Shown: positions 48,847 to 61,087 of the stretch, one piece after another
Position numbering within the stretch: position 1 is the first letter of the stretch
Layout of the letters: each line of letters begins with the position of its first letter
Source of the DNA: Chloroflexota bacterium
GTDB taxonomy: Bacteria > Chloroflexota > Limnocylindria > Limnocylindrales > CSP1-4
Assembly (NCBI GenBank): GCA_030447745.1
Contig: JAUJOH010000002.1
Coordinates: forward strand, 119,516-183,515
Direction of reading: 5' to 3'
Length of the DNA stretch: 64,000 nt
The notes under the pieces: model-generated
The model's input: only the letters and a program-made list of their open reading frames with translations
What the model was told of the DNA's origin: nothing
Database searches by the model: none
Translations under genes and position numbers: made by a program

Positions 48847-49764
48847 TTACACCGAGGCGCCGGTGGCGGCAGACAGCCGGACGTGCCGGATCTCCCCGAT
48901 CACCACGGTCAGCTCGCCGCCCGCCCGGTCCACCACCACCAGCCCTCCCGAGCTCGCGTCGACGCCGAGCGCCCGCAGGTGCTCCGTATCGCCGTCCGGC
49001 CACTGCACCTCGACCGCGCGGCCCGTGGTGACCTGTCGGGCGTTCCAGTCGGCGAGGTCAGATCGTCCCGCGCGCAGTGCGCGGCGCACGAGCCGGCCGA
49101 GGAAGCCGTCGAGGAGCATCGCCAGGTCGATCGGGCGGCCTCGGGACGCCTCGTGGAGCGACGTCATGCCGGCGGCCAGCTCCGACGGGAAGTCCTCGTA
49201 GCGCCACTCGGCGTTGACGCCGATGCCGACGGCGAGGCGCGGGTCCGGTCCGCCGAGCCCGTCGCTCTCGCCGAGGACGCCGGCCAGCTTGAGGACGGCC
49301 GTGCCGACGCTCGGCGCCGGACTCTCCGACGGCGAAGGCGACGCCGGACCCTCCGAGGGCGAGGGCGACGCCGGACCCTCCGAGGGCGAAGGCGACGGTC
49401 CCGCAGGCCATTCGCCGGAGGATTCGACGACCAGGTCGTTCGGCCACTTCAGCCGGACCGTCCCGTCCGGCAGCCCGGCCACCTCCTCGGCCGCGTCCGC
49501 CATGGCCAGGCTCACGGTCGCGGGGATCCGCCACGTCCGCTCGGGCGGCAGCCACGTCGGGCGGAAGCCGAGTGACAGCAGCAGCGCCGCGCCGCGGGGC
49601 GCGACCCAGGCTCGGCCGGATCGGCCGCGCCCCGCCGTCTGCTCGTCCGCGACGGCCAGGCAGACCTCCGGGATGCCGTCCCCGAGCCAGCCGCGGACGA
49701 CGTCGTTCGTCGACTGGACAACGTCGAAGCGCTGCTGGCGCGACATGAACGGTGCCTCGCTCAC
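48847..49764 (-). CDS. birA: Biotin--acetyl-CoA carboxylase ligase
   Basis: STND, QTAGRGRSGR, LKWPNDL, KLAGVL and IGVN. Confidence 0.92.
   Translation of the reverse strand: MSEAPFMSRQQRFDVVQSTNDVVRGWLGDGIPEVCLAVADEQTAGRGRSGRAWVAPRGAALLLSLGFRPTWLPPERTWRIPATVSLAMADAAEEVAGLPDGTVRLKWPNDLVVESSGEWPAGPSPSPSEGPASPSPSEGPASPSPSESPAPSVGTAVLKLAGVLGESDGLGGPDPRLAVGIGVNAEWRYEDFPSELAAGMTSLHEASRGRPIDLAMLLDGFLGRLVRRALRAGRSDLADWNARQVTTGRAVEVQWPDGDTEHLRALGVDASSGGLVVVDRAGGELTVVIGEIRHVRLSAATGASV
49331..49400. repeat. 27-bp coding tandem repeat (~2.5 copies) inside birA
   Basis: GGCGA(A/G)GGCGACGCCGGACCCTCCGAG repeated, encoding SPSPSEGPA units. Confidence 0.85.
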
Positions 49765-49769
49765 GAGGC

Positions 49770-51050
49770 TCAGCCGGCCGCGGCGGTGGCCGGCGCCTCC
49801 GGTGCGTCGAGGCGCTCCGGCCGCTCCAGCTCGAAGGCGTCGTGGAGCGCCCGGACGGCCGTCTCGAGCGCATCTTCGGCGATGATCGTGGTGATCCGGA
49901 TCTCTGACGTCGAGATCATCTCGATGTTGACCCCGGCCTCGGCGAGGCAGCCGAACATCCGCGCCGCGTAACCCGGCGTGTTGTGGATGCCCGCGCCGAC
50001 GATGGACACCTTGGCGACGGCGGAGTCGGTGGTCATCTCGCGGAACCCGAGCTCCCGGACGAGCGGCTCCAGCAGCCGCTTGGCCTTGGCCAGCTCGAGG
50101 CGCGGGATCGTGAACGACAGGTCCGTGGCGCCGCCGTGACCGATGTTCTGCACGATCATGTCCACGTTGATGCCGGCCTCCGCGAGCGGCTCGAAGACGT
50201 GGGCTGCGACGCCCGGCCGGTCGGGCACCTCGACGAGCGTGATCTTCGCGACGTTGCGGTCGTGGGCGAGGCCCCGGACCTTGTTCCGCTGCTCCACGAG
50301 CGGGTCCTCCTTGATCACGGTTCCGGGCGCGTCCTCGAACGAGCTGAGGACCTCGATCGTCACGCCGTTGACCCAGCCGAGCTCGACGGCGCGGGTCTGC
50401 ATCACCTGCGCACCCTGGTTCGCCAGCTCGAGCATCTCCTCCGGGCCGACGATCGGGAGCTGCCGGGCGCGGGCGACGATCCGGGGGTCGGCGGTGTAGA
50501 TGCCGCGCACGTCAGTGAAGATCTGACAGCGGTCCGCACCGAGGCGCGCGGCGAGCGCAACGGCCGTCGTGTCCGACCCGCCCCGACCGAGGGTCGTCGT
50601 CTCGAGCCGGTCCGCCGCGCTCGCGCTCACCCCCTGGAAGCCGGCCACGATCACGACCTTGTCCTGATCGAGCTCGTCGCGCACCCGTCGAGGGTCGACG
50701 TTCGCGATGCGGGCCTTGCCGTACCGGCCATCGGTGCTGATCCCGGCCTGCGCGCCGGTCAGGCTGATCGCCGGCACGCCGACGGCGTGCAGGGCCATCG
50801 AGACGAGCGTCGCGCTCTGGTGCTCGCCGGTCGCGAGCAGCATGTCCAGCTCGCGCTCGTCCGGCTCGTCCGTCACCGCGCCGGCCAGGGCCAGCAGCTC
50901 GTCCGTCGTGTCGCCCATCGCGGAGACGACCACGACCAGCTTCGAGCCGGCCGCACGCTCGCGGGCGATGCGCCGTGCGACGCGGCGGATCCGGTCCGCG
51001 CCGGCGAGCGAGGAGCCGCCGAACTTCTGCACGACGAGGGGCGCGGGCAT
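49770..51050 (-). CDS. lysC: Aspartate kinase
   Basis: VQKFGGSS, SAMGDTTD, LGRGGSDTTA, TDVRGIYTADP and two ACT domains. Confidence 0.95.
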   Translation of the reverse strand: MPAPLVVQKFGGSSLAGADRIRRVARRIARERAAGSKLVVVVSAMGDTTDELLALAGAVTDEPDERELDMLLATGEHQSATLVSMALHAVGVPAISLTGAQAGISTDGRYGKARIANVDPRRVRDELDQDKVVIVAGFQGVSASAADRLETTTLGRGGSDTTAVALAARLGADRCQIFTDVRGIYTADPRIVARARQLPIVGPEEMLELANQGAQVMQTRAVELGWVNGVTIEVLSSFEDAPGTVIKEDPLVEQRNKVRGLAHDRNVAKITLVEVPDRPGVAAHVFEPLAEAGINVDMIVQNIGHGGATDLSFTIPRLELAKAKRLLEPLVRELGFREMTTDSAVAKVSIVGAGIHNTPGYAARMFGCLAEAGVNIEMISTSEIRITTIIAEDALETAVRALHDAFELERPERLDAPEAPATAAAG

Positions 51051-51168
51051 GGTCGGCGGATCTTAGCAGCGGCCGTCACGCGCCCCGAGCGAGCCCGGCC
51101 TTCGACGGCATTTCGCCGGGCTGTCAGCGCGGGTCGCGGGATGGCGCGACGGGAGGTACCGTGGCGGC

Positions 51169-51945
51169 GTGTGCTTCGACCTCGACAGCCGTCCGCCCAT
51201 CGCGCCGATCGTCGGCGGATCGGTCGACGCGCGATCGCTCACGATCGAGGCGGCCGACGGCAATGTCCTGCGCGCGTTCCGCGCCCGCCCCGTCGACCCG
51301 GCCGGCGCGGGCGTCGTGATCCTGCCCGACGTCCGCGGCCTGCATCCCTTTTACGAGGAGCTCGCCGCGCGGTTCGCGGAGCACGGCTTCGATGCCCTCG
51401 CGATCGACTGGTTCGGGCGGACCGCCGGCAGCGGGCCGCGCCACCCGGACTGGGACCACATGCCGCATGTCGAGCAGGCGACCTGGGAGGGGGTCGCGAC
51501 GGACATCCGCGCCGCCGCCTCGGCACTGCGCGAGGAGCTCCGAGACGATCTCCACGCGCTGTTCACCGTTGGGTTCTGCTTTGGCGGTCGCGCGTCGTTC
51601 CTGAGCGCGACGCTGGGACTCGATCTCGCGGGCGTGGTCGGCTTCTACGGCGGCGTCACCGGCACCGGACGGGCGGGGATGCCGGCGCCGATCGACGTCG
51701 TCGACCGCTTCCAGTCGCCCGTCCTGGGCCTGTTCGGCGGGGCAGACGAGTTTGACCCGAACGACCTCGCCGCGTTCGATCGAGCGCTCGAGGAGACCGG
51801 CGTCGACCACCAGATCATCACCTACCCCGGAGCGCCGCACTCGTTTTTCGATCGCAAGGCGGACCAGTTCCGCGAGGCGTCCGAGGCCGCGTGGGAGGAG
51901 GTACTCGCCTTCCTGCGCGAGCGCGGGGCCCAGATCGGCGCATGA
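51169..51945 (+). CDS. Dienelactone hydrolase family protein
   Basis: GFCFGG, FYG, and YPGAPHSF. Confidence 0.9.
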   Translation: MCFDLDSRPPIAPIVGGSVDARSLTIEAADGNVLRAFRARPVDPAGAGVVILPDVRGLHPFYEELAARFAEHGFDALAIDWFGRTAGSGPRHPDWDHMPHVEQATWEGVATDIRAAASALREELRDDLHALFTVGFCFGGRASFLSATLGLDLAGVVGFYGGVTGTGRAGMPAPIDVVDRFQSPVLGLFGGADEFDPNDLAAFDRALEETGVDHQIITYPGAPHSFFDRKADQFREASEAAWEEVLAFLRERGAQIGA

Positions 51946-52187
51946 GCTTCCTGCGCCGGATCCTCGGCAGGCGCGAGGAAGACAGTCAGGACCGCAGCGG
52001 GCCCGTCTCCGACGATGAAGTCGAGACCGCCGAGCGGGAGTACGAGCGAGAGGTGCTCCGGTCGGAGGCGGAACGCCTCGACGAGCTGAGGCAGCGCCAG
52101 CTGCGCTACGCGGACCGAGCATGGACCCCGGCGCCGCAGGGCGGCGACCGGCGGGCAGACGACGAGGACGCTGCGCGCGACTCCTAG
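51942..52187 (+). CDS. Small acidic hypothetical protein (81 aa)
   Basis: ATG overlaps the upstream stop; MSFLRRILG start, typical codon usage. Confidence 0.6.
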   Translation: MSFLRRILGRREEDSQDRSGPVSDDEVETAEREYEREVLRSEAERLDELRQRQLRYADRAWTPAPQGGDRRADDEDAARDS

Positions 52188-52209
52188 CGGGTGCCTTTGC
52201 CCCGTTGCG

Positions 52210-53172
52210 TCACCGGCGCTGGACGACGTGCGCGCCCGTGTTCCGCGGCGCCACCACCGCGATCCGGCCGTCGAGCTCCGTCTCCGCCGCGGCGGCCCGC
52301 AGGGCGGCCTCGATCCGGGCGATCCCCGACGGCGAGTCGCCGAAGGCGAGGATCGTGGAGCCGGCGCCGGACAGGCAGGCCCCGAGGGCGCCGGCCCCGC
52401 GCGCGGCGTCGACGAGACGCGGCAACTGCGGATACGCGGCCGCCCGGTACGGCTCGTGGAGCCGGTCCACGGTCAGCGCACGCAGCAGCTCCCAGCGACC
52501 GGTCGCGAGCCCCGCGATGCCGAGCGCCACGCGGCCGAGGTTGGCCACCGCATCGGCACGTCCGACCTCGTCCGGCAGAACCGCCCGCATGTCCGCCGTC
52601 GAGAGCCGGAGCCCCGGGATGAACAGCACGGCACGGAGGTCCCGCGGCGCGTCGAAGCGGATCGCCTCGAGCCCGCCGTCGGTCTCGCCGACCACCACGA
52701 AGCCGCCGAGCAATGCCGCGGCGGCGTTGTCGGCGTGACCCTCGATCTCGGCGGCGAGGCGGAGCAGGTCGGGCGTCGTGAGCGGCTCACCGAGCAGCGC
52801 GTTGCCCGCCACCACACCGCCGACGGTGGCCGCCGCGCTCGACCCGAGCCCGCGGGCGACGGGCACCTGGTTGCGCATGTCGACGCGCCACCCGACGCCC
52901 TCCGACAGCTCGCCACGCACCACGCGCAGGACGGCCTCGAGACCTCGCACGAACCGGTTCTCGCGGTCGGCCGTCAGCTCGTCGTGCCCCTCGCCCTGGA
53001 CCGACAGCTCGATCCGACCGCGGTTCCCGCCACGAACCTCGACCCCGACCCGGTTGACCAGGTCGAGCGCGAGCCCGAGGCAGTCGTAGCCGGCGCCCAG
53101 GTTCGCCGACGTGCCGGGCACGTCGACCGTCACCCTGCGACCGTCGAGCTCGGCCAGCGAGTGCGTCACCAC
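52210..53172 (-). CDS. thrB: Homoserine kinase
   Basis: VPGTSANLGAGYD, PVARGLGSSAA, EGHADN and LSGAGS. Confidence 0.95.
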   Translation of the reverse strand: MVTHSLAELDGRRVTVDVPGTSANLGAGYDCLGLALDLVNRVGVEVRGGNRGRIELSVQGEGHDELTADRENRFVRGLEAVLRVVRGELSEGVGWRVDMRNQVPVARGLGSSAAATVGGVVAGNALLGEPLTTPDLLRLAAEIEGHADNAAAALLGGFVVVGETDGGLEAIRFDAPRDLRAVLFIPGLRLSTADMRAVLPDEVGRADAVANLGRVALGIAGLATGRWELLRALTVDRLHEPYRAAAYPQLPRLVDAARGAGALGACLSGAGSTILAFGDSPSGIARIEAALRAAAAETELDGRIAVVAPRNTGAHVVQRR

Positions 53173-53215
53173 GCGCGTCGTCGCGGCGCGCCGCCCCTCC
53201 GGCAGGCCCTCCGCG

Positions 53216-54277
53216 CTACCAACCGAGCGCCACCGAGACAGAGCCGACGGTTGCCTCGGCCTCGAGCACGCCGGTCGCCGATCGCCCGGCGGTTTCCGGG
53301 TCCTTCAAGCCGTTCCCGGTCAGGACGCACACCACGAGGGCATCCGCGTCGAGCTCGCCGGCGCGGGCCGCCCTGCGGATCCCGGCCACGCCCGCCGCGG
53401 ACGACGGCTCGCAGAAGACGCCCTCGAGCCGGGCCAGGTCGCGGTACGCGCCGAGGATCTCCTCGTCGCTCACGGCCTCCATCCGCCCGCCGGACTCGTC
53501 CCGCGCCGCCACGGCCCGCGACCAGGACGCCGGGTTGCCGATCCTGATCGCCGTGGCGACCGTGTCCGGTCGCTCGACCGGTCGACCGAGGACGATCGGT
53601 GCCGCCCCGGCGGCCTGGAAGCCCCACAGCCGCGGCCGCTCGCGCACGCGCCCGGCCGCCCGGTACTCGCGGAAGCCGGCCCAGTACGCCGTGATGTTGC
53701 CGGCGTTGCCCACCGGCAGGGCGACGATGTCGGGCGCCCGACCGAGGTCGTCGCAGACCTCGAAGGCAGCCGTCTTCTGGCCTTCGAGCCGATCGGGGTT
53801 GATCGAGTTCACGACCGCGACGGGATGGTCGTCCTGCTCGGCGAGCGCGCGGACGATCGTGAGGGCCTGGTCGAAGTTGCCGTCGATCGGGACCACCCGG
53901 GCGCCCGCGATGAGTGCCTGGACCAGCTTGCCGGCGGCGACCTGGCCGCGCGGCACGATGACGGCGCATTCGATGCCGGCCGCGGCGGCGTAGGCCGCTG
54001 CGGAGGCGGACGTGTTGCCGGTCGAGGCGCAGATGACAGCGCTGGCCCCCGACTCGAGCGCGCGGGCCACGGCGACCACCATGCCCCGGTCCTTGAACGA
54101 CCCCGTCGGGTTCATCCCCTCGACCTTGGCGTACAGGTTCCGAAGGCCGAGCGACGCACCGAACCGTCGCAGCGACACGAGCGGCGTGAACCCCTCGCCA
54201 AGGCTGAGCCGCGGTGTCGACGCGGTTACCGGCAGGAAGGAGGCGTAGCGGTCGACGAGCCGCGGTCGCTCAGTCAT
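53216..54277 (-). CDS. thrC: Threonine synthase
   Basis: LGEGFTP, NPTGSFKDRG, ASTGNTSAS, PVGNAGN and TGNGLKDP. Confidence 0.95.
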   Translation of the reverse strand: MTERPRLVDRYASFLPVTASTPRLSLGEGFTPLVSLRRFGASLGLRNLYAKVEGMNPTGSFKDRGMVVAVARALESGASAVICASTGNTSASAAAYAAAAGIECAVIVPRGQVAAGKLVQALIAGARVVPIDGNFDQALTIVRALAEQDDHPVAVVNSINPDRLEGQKTAAFEVCDDLGRAPDIVALPVGNAGNITAYWAGFREYRAAGRVRERPRLWGFQAAGAAPIVLGRPVERPDTVATAIRIGNPASWSRAVAARDESGGRMEAVSDEEILGAYRDLARLEGVFCEPSSAAGVAGIRRAARAGELDADALVVCVLTGNGLKDPETAGRSATGVLEAEATVGSVSVALGW

Positions 54278-55520
54278 CGATCGGGTAGATCGTCGCGTCC
54301 CCCGCGTCCGGTGCGACCTCGAGGATGCGCTGGACTGCCGCCTCGGCCGTCATCGGAACGGTGCGCACGGCGGCACCGCCGCCGACGTCCAACCTTGGCA
54401 TCGGCCAGTCCAGCCAAGATGCGGCCGGCCGGAAACGCCGGGCAGGACGGTGAACCAGGGGCGCATCGGCTGCGCGGCCTCCGCGCTCGGGGCTGCGCGC
54501 GAGGCCGGCGGCCGTCCCGCCCACGTGCTGCCGGCACGCCGGGCCACCGCCAGGAGGTCGCCCAGGACGGCGCTCGACGTCGCCTCGCCTCCCGCCCCGG
54601 GCCCGTCGAACCCGCACTCCCCGAGGGGCTGCGCGCGGATCTCGATCCGGTTCCGGACGTCACCCGTCCGCCCGAGCGGCGAGTCGCGCGGCACGGCGGT
54701 CGGTACGGCCGACGCGGCGCCGGACGCCTCGGCCACCGCGAGCAGCTTGATCGTGAGGCCGAGCGCCGCCGCGCCGGCGAGCTCGTCGGTCGTGACGCCG
54801 GTGATGCCGGAGCACCCGCGCCGCGCAGGGGACGGCGGGCACGTGGCCATGGCGTCCGGATCCGGCCACGCGCCGAACGCCAGCCGAGCGAGGATCGCCA
54901 GCTTGTTGGCGGCGTCGCGCCCTCCACGTCGTCTCGGGTCGGCCTCGGCGTAGCCGCGGTCCTGCGCGTCGCGCAGGACCGCCGCGTACGTGCCGCGGCC
55001 GTCGGCCATCGCGGACAGGATGTGGTTCGACGTGCCGTTGACGATGCCCCGCACCCGGTCCACACGATTGGCGGCCAGGTCGCCGGCCAGCGGCGCGAGG
55101 ACGGGAATGCCGCCCCCAACCGCGGCCTCGAACCGCAACGAAGCGCCGGTCGCCCGCGCCGCGGCCTCCAGCTCCGGGCCGTGGTGCGCGACCACGTGCT
55201 TGTTGGCGGTCACGACCGCCTTGCCCGCGGAGAGCGCCGCCAGGATGAGCGTGTGCGCGGGCTCGTCCTTGCCCATCAGCTCGACGATCACGTCGGTCCG
55301 GGGGCTCGCCACGAGGTGGGCCGGCGCGTCCGTGAAGCGATCTCGGAAGGCCCCGGGCGACCGCCGCGTCGACGTCGCGGACGGCGACCCCGGCCGGCTC
55401 GACCGCCGCGCCACCCGCGCCCGCCGCCAGCCGGTCCGGCCACTCGAGCAGGCCGCGGACCACCTGCCGGCCCACGGTGCCCGCGCCGAGCACGGCGACG
55501 CGCAGGGCCGCCGCGCTCAC
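54274..55520 (-). pseudogene. hom: Homoserine dehydrogenase with several indels (probably sequence errors)
   Basis: VLGAGTVG, VVTANK, FEAAVGGGIP, GIVNGTSN, GYAEADP and DAANKL, split over frames. Confidence 0.85.
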
Positions 55521-55592
55521 GGCGCGGCGGCTGACGGTTGGGTCATCGGACCGATGGTAGTGGACCGGCAGGTCGGGCCGGCCGTGCCGGGA

Positions 55593-56269
55593 TCAGGCCC
55601 CGTATCGGGCAGCCACGTCCGCGATCGCGGCCACGGCCGGCCGGCGATCCAGCGGTCCGATCGCCGGCAGTGACATGCCGGGGCCGCGCAGCCAGACGAC
55701 GGAGCAGCCGAACGCCGCGGCGCCGGCGGCGTCCAGCCGTTGGCCGTGACGAACCCGATCCGCTCGGCCGGCCGTCCCACCGCCGCCGTGGCGAGTGCAT
55801 AGACGGCCGGTGACGGCTTGAACGCGCGTGCGGCATCCGCCGACAGGAGCGCCGCGAAGCGATGCCCGATCCCGGCGCCGTCGAGCGTGGCGCGGATCAT
55901 CGCGTCGGTGCCGTTCGACAGGATGCCGACCGGCAGTCGGGCGGCCTCGAGCCGCTCGATCAGATCGGGCACGCCCGTTCGCGGCCGGAGGCGGTACCAG
56001 GCGTCGTCCAGGGCCACCCGCAGCGTGTCGGGATCGAGCTCGAGCTCGGCGGCCGCGACGGACAGGGCGTCGCGGGTGACCTCGGCGAAGTCGCCCCAGC
56101 GTCCCATGCAGGTCCGGAGCCACGTCGCCTCGAGCTGTCGGGCGCGCCAGCGCGCGGCGAGGTCCGTGCCACGGCCGGGCGCCGCGGCCTCGCAGGCGGC
56201 ATCGAGGCCGGCCAGGTCGACGAGCGTCCCGTAGAGGTCGAAGAAGACGGCGTCGACCGGTTGCGCCAC
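55593..56269 (-). pseudogene. Haloacid dehalogenase type II, frameshift near 55737
   Basis: FDLYGTL, LSNG, FKP and FVTANGW(D). The C-terminus DAAGAAAFG lies in another frame. Confidence 0.8.
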
Positions 56270-56295
56270 GTCAGCCCCGCTCCGCCCGCCGCACC

Positions 56296-58185
<1,890 letters not shown>

Positions 58186-58236
58186 CCGTACCTCGAGCGG
58201 GAGAGCGCCCGCCGGCGAGCGCTCCCCGGGGTGGTG

Positions 58237-59658
58237 TCAGGCCGTCGTCGTGGCGGCCCTGACGTTCTGCGTCTCGCCGCCGACCTCGTCCCAGATCCGG
58301 ACGTCCTTCGTCTCGCGGACGTACCGCCAGCCGATGAAGACCGTGATCAGGGCAACGATGATCGGGTACGCGAGGCCCGCGTAGATGTTGCCCGTGGCCG
58401 CTGCCAGGCTGGCGCCGATGAGCGGCAGGAAGCCGCCGAACCAGCCATTCCCGATGTGGTACGGGATCGACAGCGAGGTGTACCGGATGCGGGCCGGGAA
58501 GTACTCGACCAGGAACGCCGCGATCGGACCGTAGACCATCGTGACGTACACGACCTGGATCCAGACGAGCGCGATGAGCATCGGGATGTTCGGGTTGAGA
58601 TGGACCGCCCTCCCGGTGGCGGCGTCGGTCGTGGCCGGGCCGGCGAACTGGCTCATCAGGAGGTAGATCGGCACGTACGTGAGCGCGGCGAGCAGGCAGC
58701 CGCCGAGGATGATCGGCTTTCGACCAACGCGGTCCGACAGTCTCCCGAAGACGATGAAGAACGGCGTCGCGAGCACGATCGCGACACCGACGATCAGGTA
58801 CGAGTTCTGGAACGAGATGCCGAGCGTGTTCTGCAGAAAGAAGAGCGCCTGGAACTGGCCCTGGTACCAGACCACGGCCTGGCCGGCCGTCGCGCCGAAG
58901 AGCGCCAGCAGGATCAGCCTCCGGTTGGGCGCGTTGCCGAAGCTCTCGCGCCACGGCGACGTCGACGAGTTGCCCCCGGCCTTGAGACGGGTGAACAGCG
59001 GCGTCTCCTGCAGCCGCAGCCGGATGATGAGCGCGAGGACGACGAGGACCGACGAGAGGAGAAACGGGATCCGCCAGCCGTACTCGCGGAAGGCCGCGTC
59101 ACCCATCGTGATCCGGAAGAGCCCGACCACAGCCAGTGCCAGCACGAGCCCGACCGTCGCCGTCGTCTGGATCCAGCTCGTGTACTTGCCGCGCTCGTGA
59201 TCAGGCGAGTGCTCGGCCACGTAGATCGCGGCTCCGCCGTACTCGCCGCCGAGCGCGAGGCCCTGGAGGAGACGCAGGGTCACCAGGATGATCGGAGCGA
59301 GGACGCCGATCTGCGCGTACGTCGGGAGGACCCCCACGAGCGCGGTCGCGGCGCCCATGAGCGTGATCGTCACCAGGAACGTGAACTTGCGGCCGATGAT
59401 GTCACCGATCCGGCCGAAGAACGCCGCGCCGAACGGACGGACGGCAAAGCCGGCGCCGAACGCGGCCAGTGACGACAGGAGAGCGGCAACTTCGTTGCCT
59501 GGCGGGAAGAACTGCGTCGCGAAGAAGGCGGCGAGGACGCCGTAGAGGTAGAAGTCGTACCACTCGATGACCGTTCCGGCGGCGGACGCGCCGATCACGA
59601 ACGGCAGCTTGTACTGGTAGGTCGAGCTCTGCTCGGACGTAGCCGTCGCGGTTGCCAA
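58237..59658 (-). CDS. MFS transporter, metabolite:H+ symporter (MHS) family
   Basis: GTVIEWYDF, RPFGA, GDIIGRK, QGLALGGEYGG and SDRVGRK. TTG start after a GGAG SD. Confidence 0.92.
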   Translation of the reverse strand: MATATATSEQSSTYQYKLPFVIGASAAGTVIEWYDFYLYGVLAAFFATQFFPPGNEVAALLSSLAAFGAGFAVRPFGAAFFGRIGDIIGRKFTFLVTITLMGAATALVGVLPTYAQIGVLAPIILVTLRLLQGLALGGEYGGAAIYVAEHSPDHERGKYTSWIQTTATVGLVLALAVVGLFRITMGDAAFREYGWRIPFLLSSVLVVLALIIRLRLQETPLFTRLKAGGNSSTSPWRESFGNAPNRRLILLALFGATAGQAVVWYQGQFQALFFLQNTLGISFQNSYLIVGVAIVLATPFFIVFGRLSDRVGRKPIILGGCLLAALTYVPIYLLMSQFAGPATTDAATGRAVHLNPNIPMLIALVWIQVVYVTMVYGPIAAFLVEYFPARIRYTSLSIPYHIGNGWFGGFLPLIGASLAAATGNIYAGLAYPIIVALITVFIGWRYVRETKDVRIWDEVGGETQNVRAATTTA

Positions 59659-59898
59659 GGCATCACTCCCTGCCTGGGTCGGGCTCGGACGAACCACGGA
59701 GCACACGGCGATGGGCGCTCCGGGAAGGCACCAGTCTTCGGGTCCCGGCGTGACACCTCCTCTCGACCTGGCCGCTTCGTGAGGCGGCGCGTGGCGTGAG
59801 TCGCGCCATCGTGACGCATGGCGGCTCCGAATTGCAACCCGCGGCCGCCCGTCGTCGCCCGGCGGAGGCCGGATCGAGCTCGGCTACACTCGCTGGCC

Positions 59899-60915
59899 AT
59901 GACCGTCCAGCCCCTTGCCGCGCCCGCGGCCGCGACCGGCAGCCCGGGGCAGCACCGCATCTTCAGCGGCATCCAGCCCTCCGGGATCGTCCACCTCGGC
60001 AACGACCTGGGCGCGATCCGCAACTACGTGGCGCTGCAGTCGCACTTCGAGGCGATCTACTGCATCGTCGACTACCACGCCCTGACGAGCACGCACCAGG
60101 CCGACGTGCTGCGCGAGCGGACCCGCCAGATGGCGGCGGCGCTGCTCGCCCTCGGGCTCGACCCCGACCGCTGCACCCTGTTCGTCCAGTCACATCGACC
60201 GGAGCACACGGAGCTCGCCTGGCTGTTCGCGACCGTGACGCCGGTGAGCTGGGTGGAACGCACCCCGACCTACAAGGAGAAGGCGGCCCAGCAGCCGGAC
60301 GACGTCAACCACGCGCTGCTCACCTACCCGATCCTCCAGGCCGCCGACATCGCGATCTACCACGCCGACCGGGTGCCCGTCGGCAAGGACCAGGCGGCGC
60401 ATCTCGAGCTGTCGCGCGAGATCCTGCGGGCGTTCAACCGACGATACGGCGAGACCTTCGTCGAGCCGCTGGCGGTGTACACCGAGGCGCCGCTGGTGCT
60501 GGGTACCGACGGCCGAAAGATGTCGAAGTCGATCGGCAACACGATCGACATCCTCGGCGACCCGGAGCTGGTCCGCCGGCAGGTCATGTCGATGGTCACC
60601 GACACCCAGCGGATCAAGCGGACTGACCCGGGCCGGCCGGAGATCTGCAACGTCTGCCAGCTGCAGCGCTTCTTCGGCGACGACTACGAGGCCCTGTGGG
60701 AGGGCGAGCGAACCGCCCGGACCGGGTGCGTCGACATGAAACGGCTGCTCGCCGACCGGATCACCACCCACTACGCGCCCGCTCGCGAGCGGTACCGGGA
60801 GCTCATGGCGGAGCCGGCGCAGGTCGACGGCGTCCTCGAGGCCGGCGCGAACCGGCTGCGACCACAGGCGGCGGCCACGCTGGCCACGGTCCGCGAGCGG
60901 ATGGGGCTGCGCTGA
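59899..60915 (+). CDS. trpS: Tryptophan--tRNA ligase
   Basis: SGIQPSG, HLGN, YPILQAADI, VPVGKDQ and KMSKS. Confidence 0.96.
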   Translation: MTVQPLAAPAAATGSPGQHRIFSGIQPSGIVHLGNDLGAIRNYVALQSHFEAIYCIVDYHALTSTHQADVLRERTRQMAAALLALGLDPDRCTLFVQSHRPEHTELAWLFATVTPVSWVERTPTYKEKAAQQPDDVNHALLTYPILQAADIAIYHADRVPVGKDQAAHLELSREILRAFNRRYGETFVEPLAVYTEAPLVLGTDGRKMSKSIGNTIDILGDPELVRRQVMSMVTDTQRIKRTDPGRPEICNVCQLQRFFGDDYEALWEGERTARTGCVDMKRLLADRITTHYAPARERYRELMAEPAQVDGVLEAGANRLRPQAAATLATVRERMGLR

Positions 60916-61087
60916 CCGACGGACCGGCTACCCGGCGTCGCACGAGCCCCGCGCCGCGCGGCGCCCGGGTCGCAGGCCGCCGGACTCTCCGTGGTGCGGT
61001 CAGCTCCCGTCGACCGGCCCGGACTACCATGGCGCCACGGATCGCGGCCGGCTCCCCTGGTCGTGACGTAGCGCAGGCGGAGGCGCG

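Noticed and set aside
55517-55546. 9-aa leader MTQPSAAAP whose TGA overlaps the hom GTG, as an attenuator peptide
   Set aside because: Only one Thr and no Ile or Met run, and no terminator. More likely the true hom N-terminus shifted by an indel.
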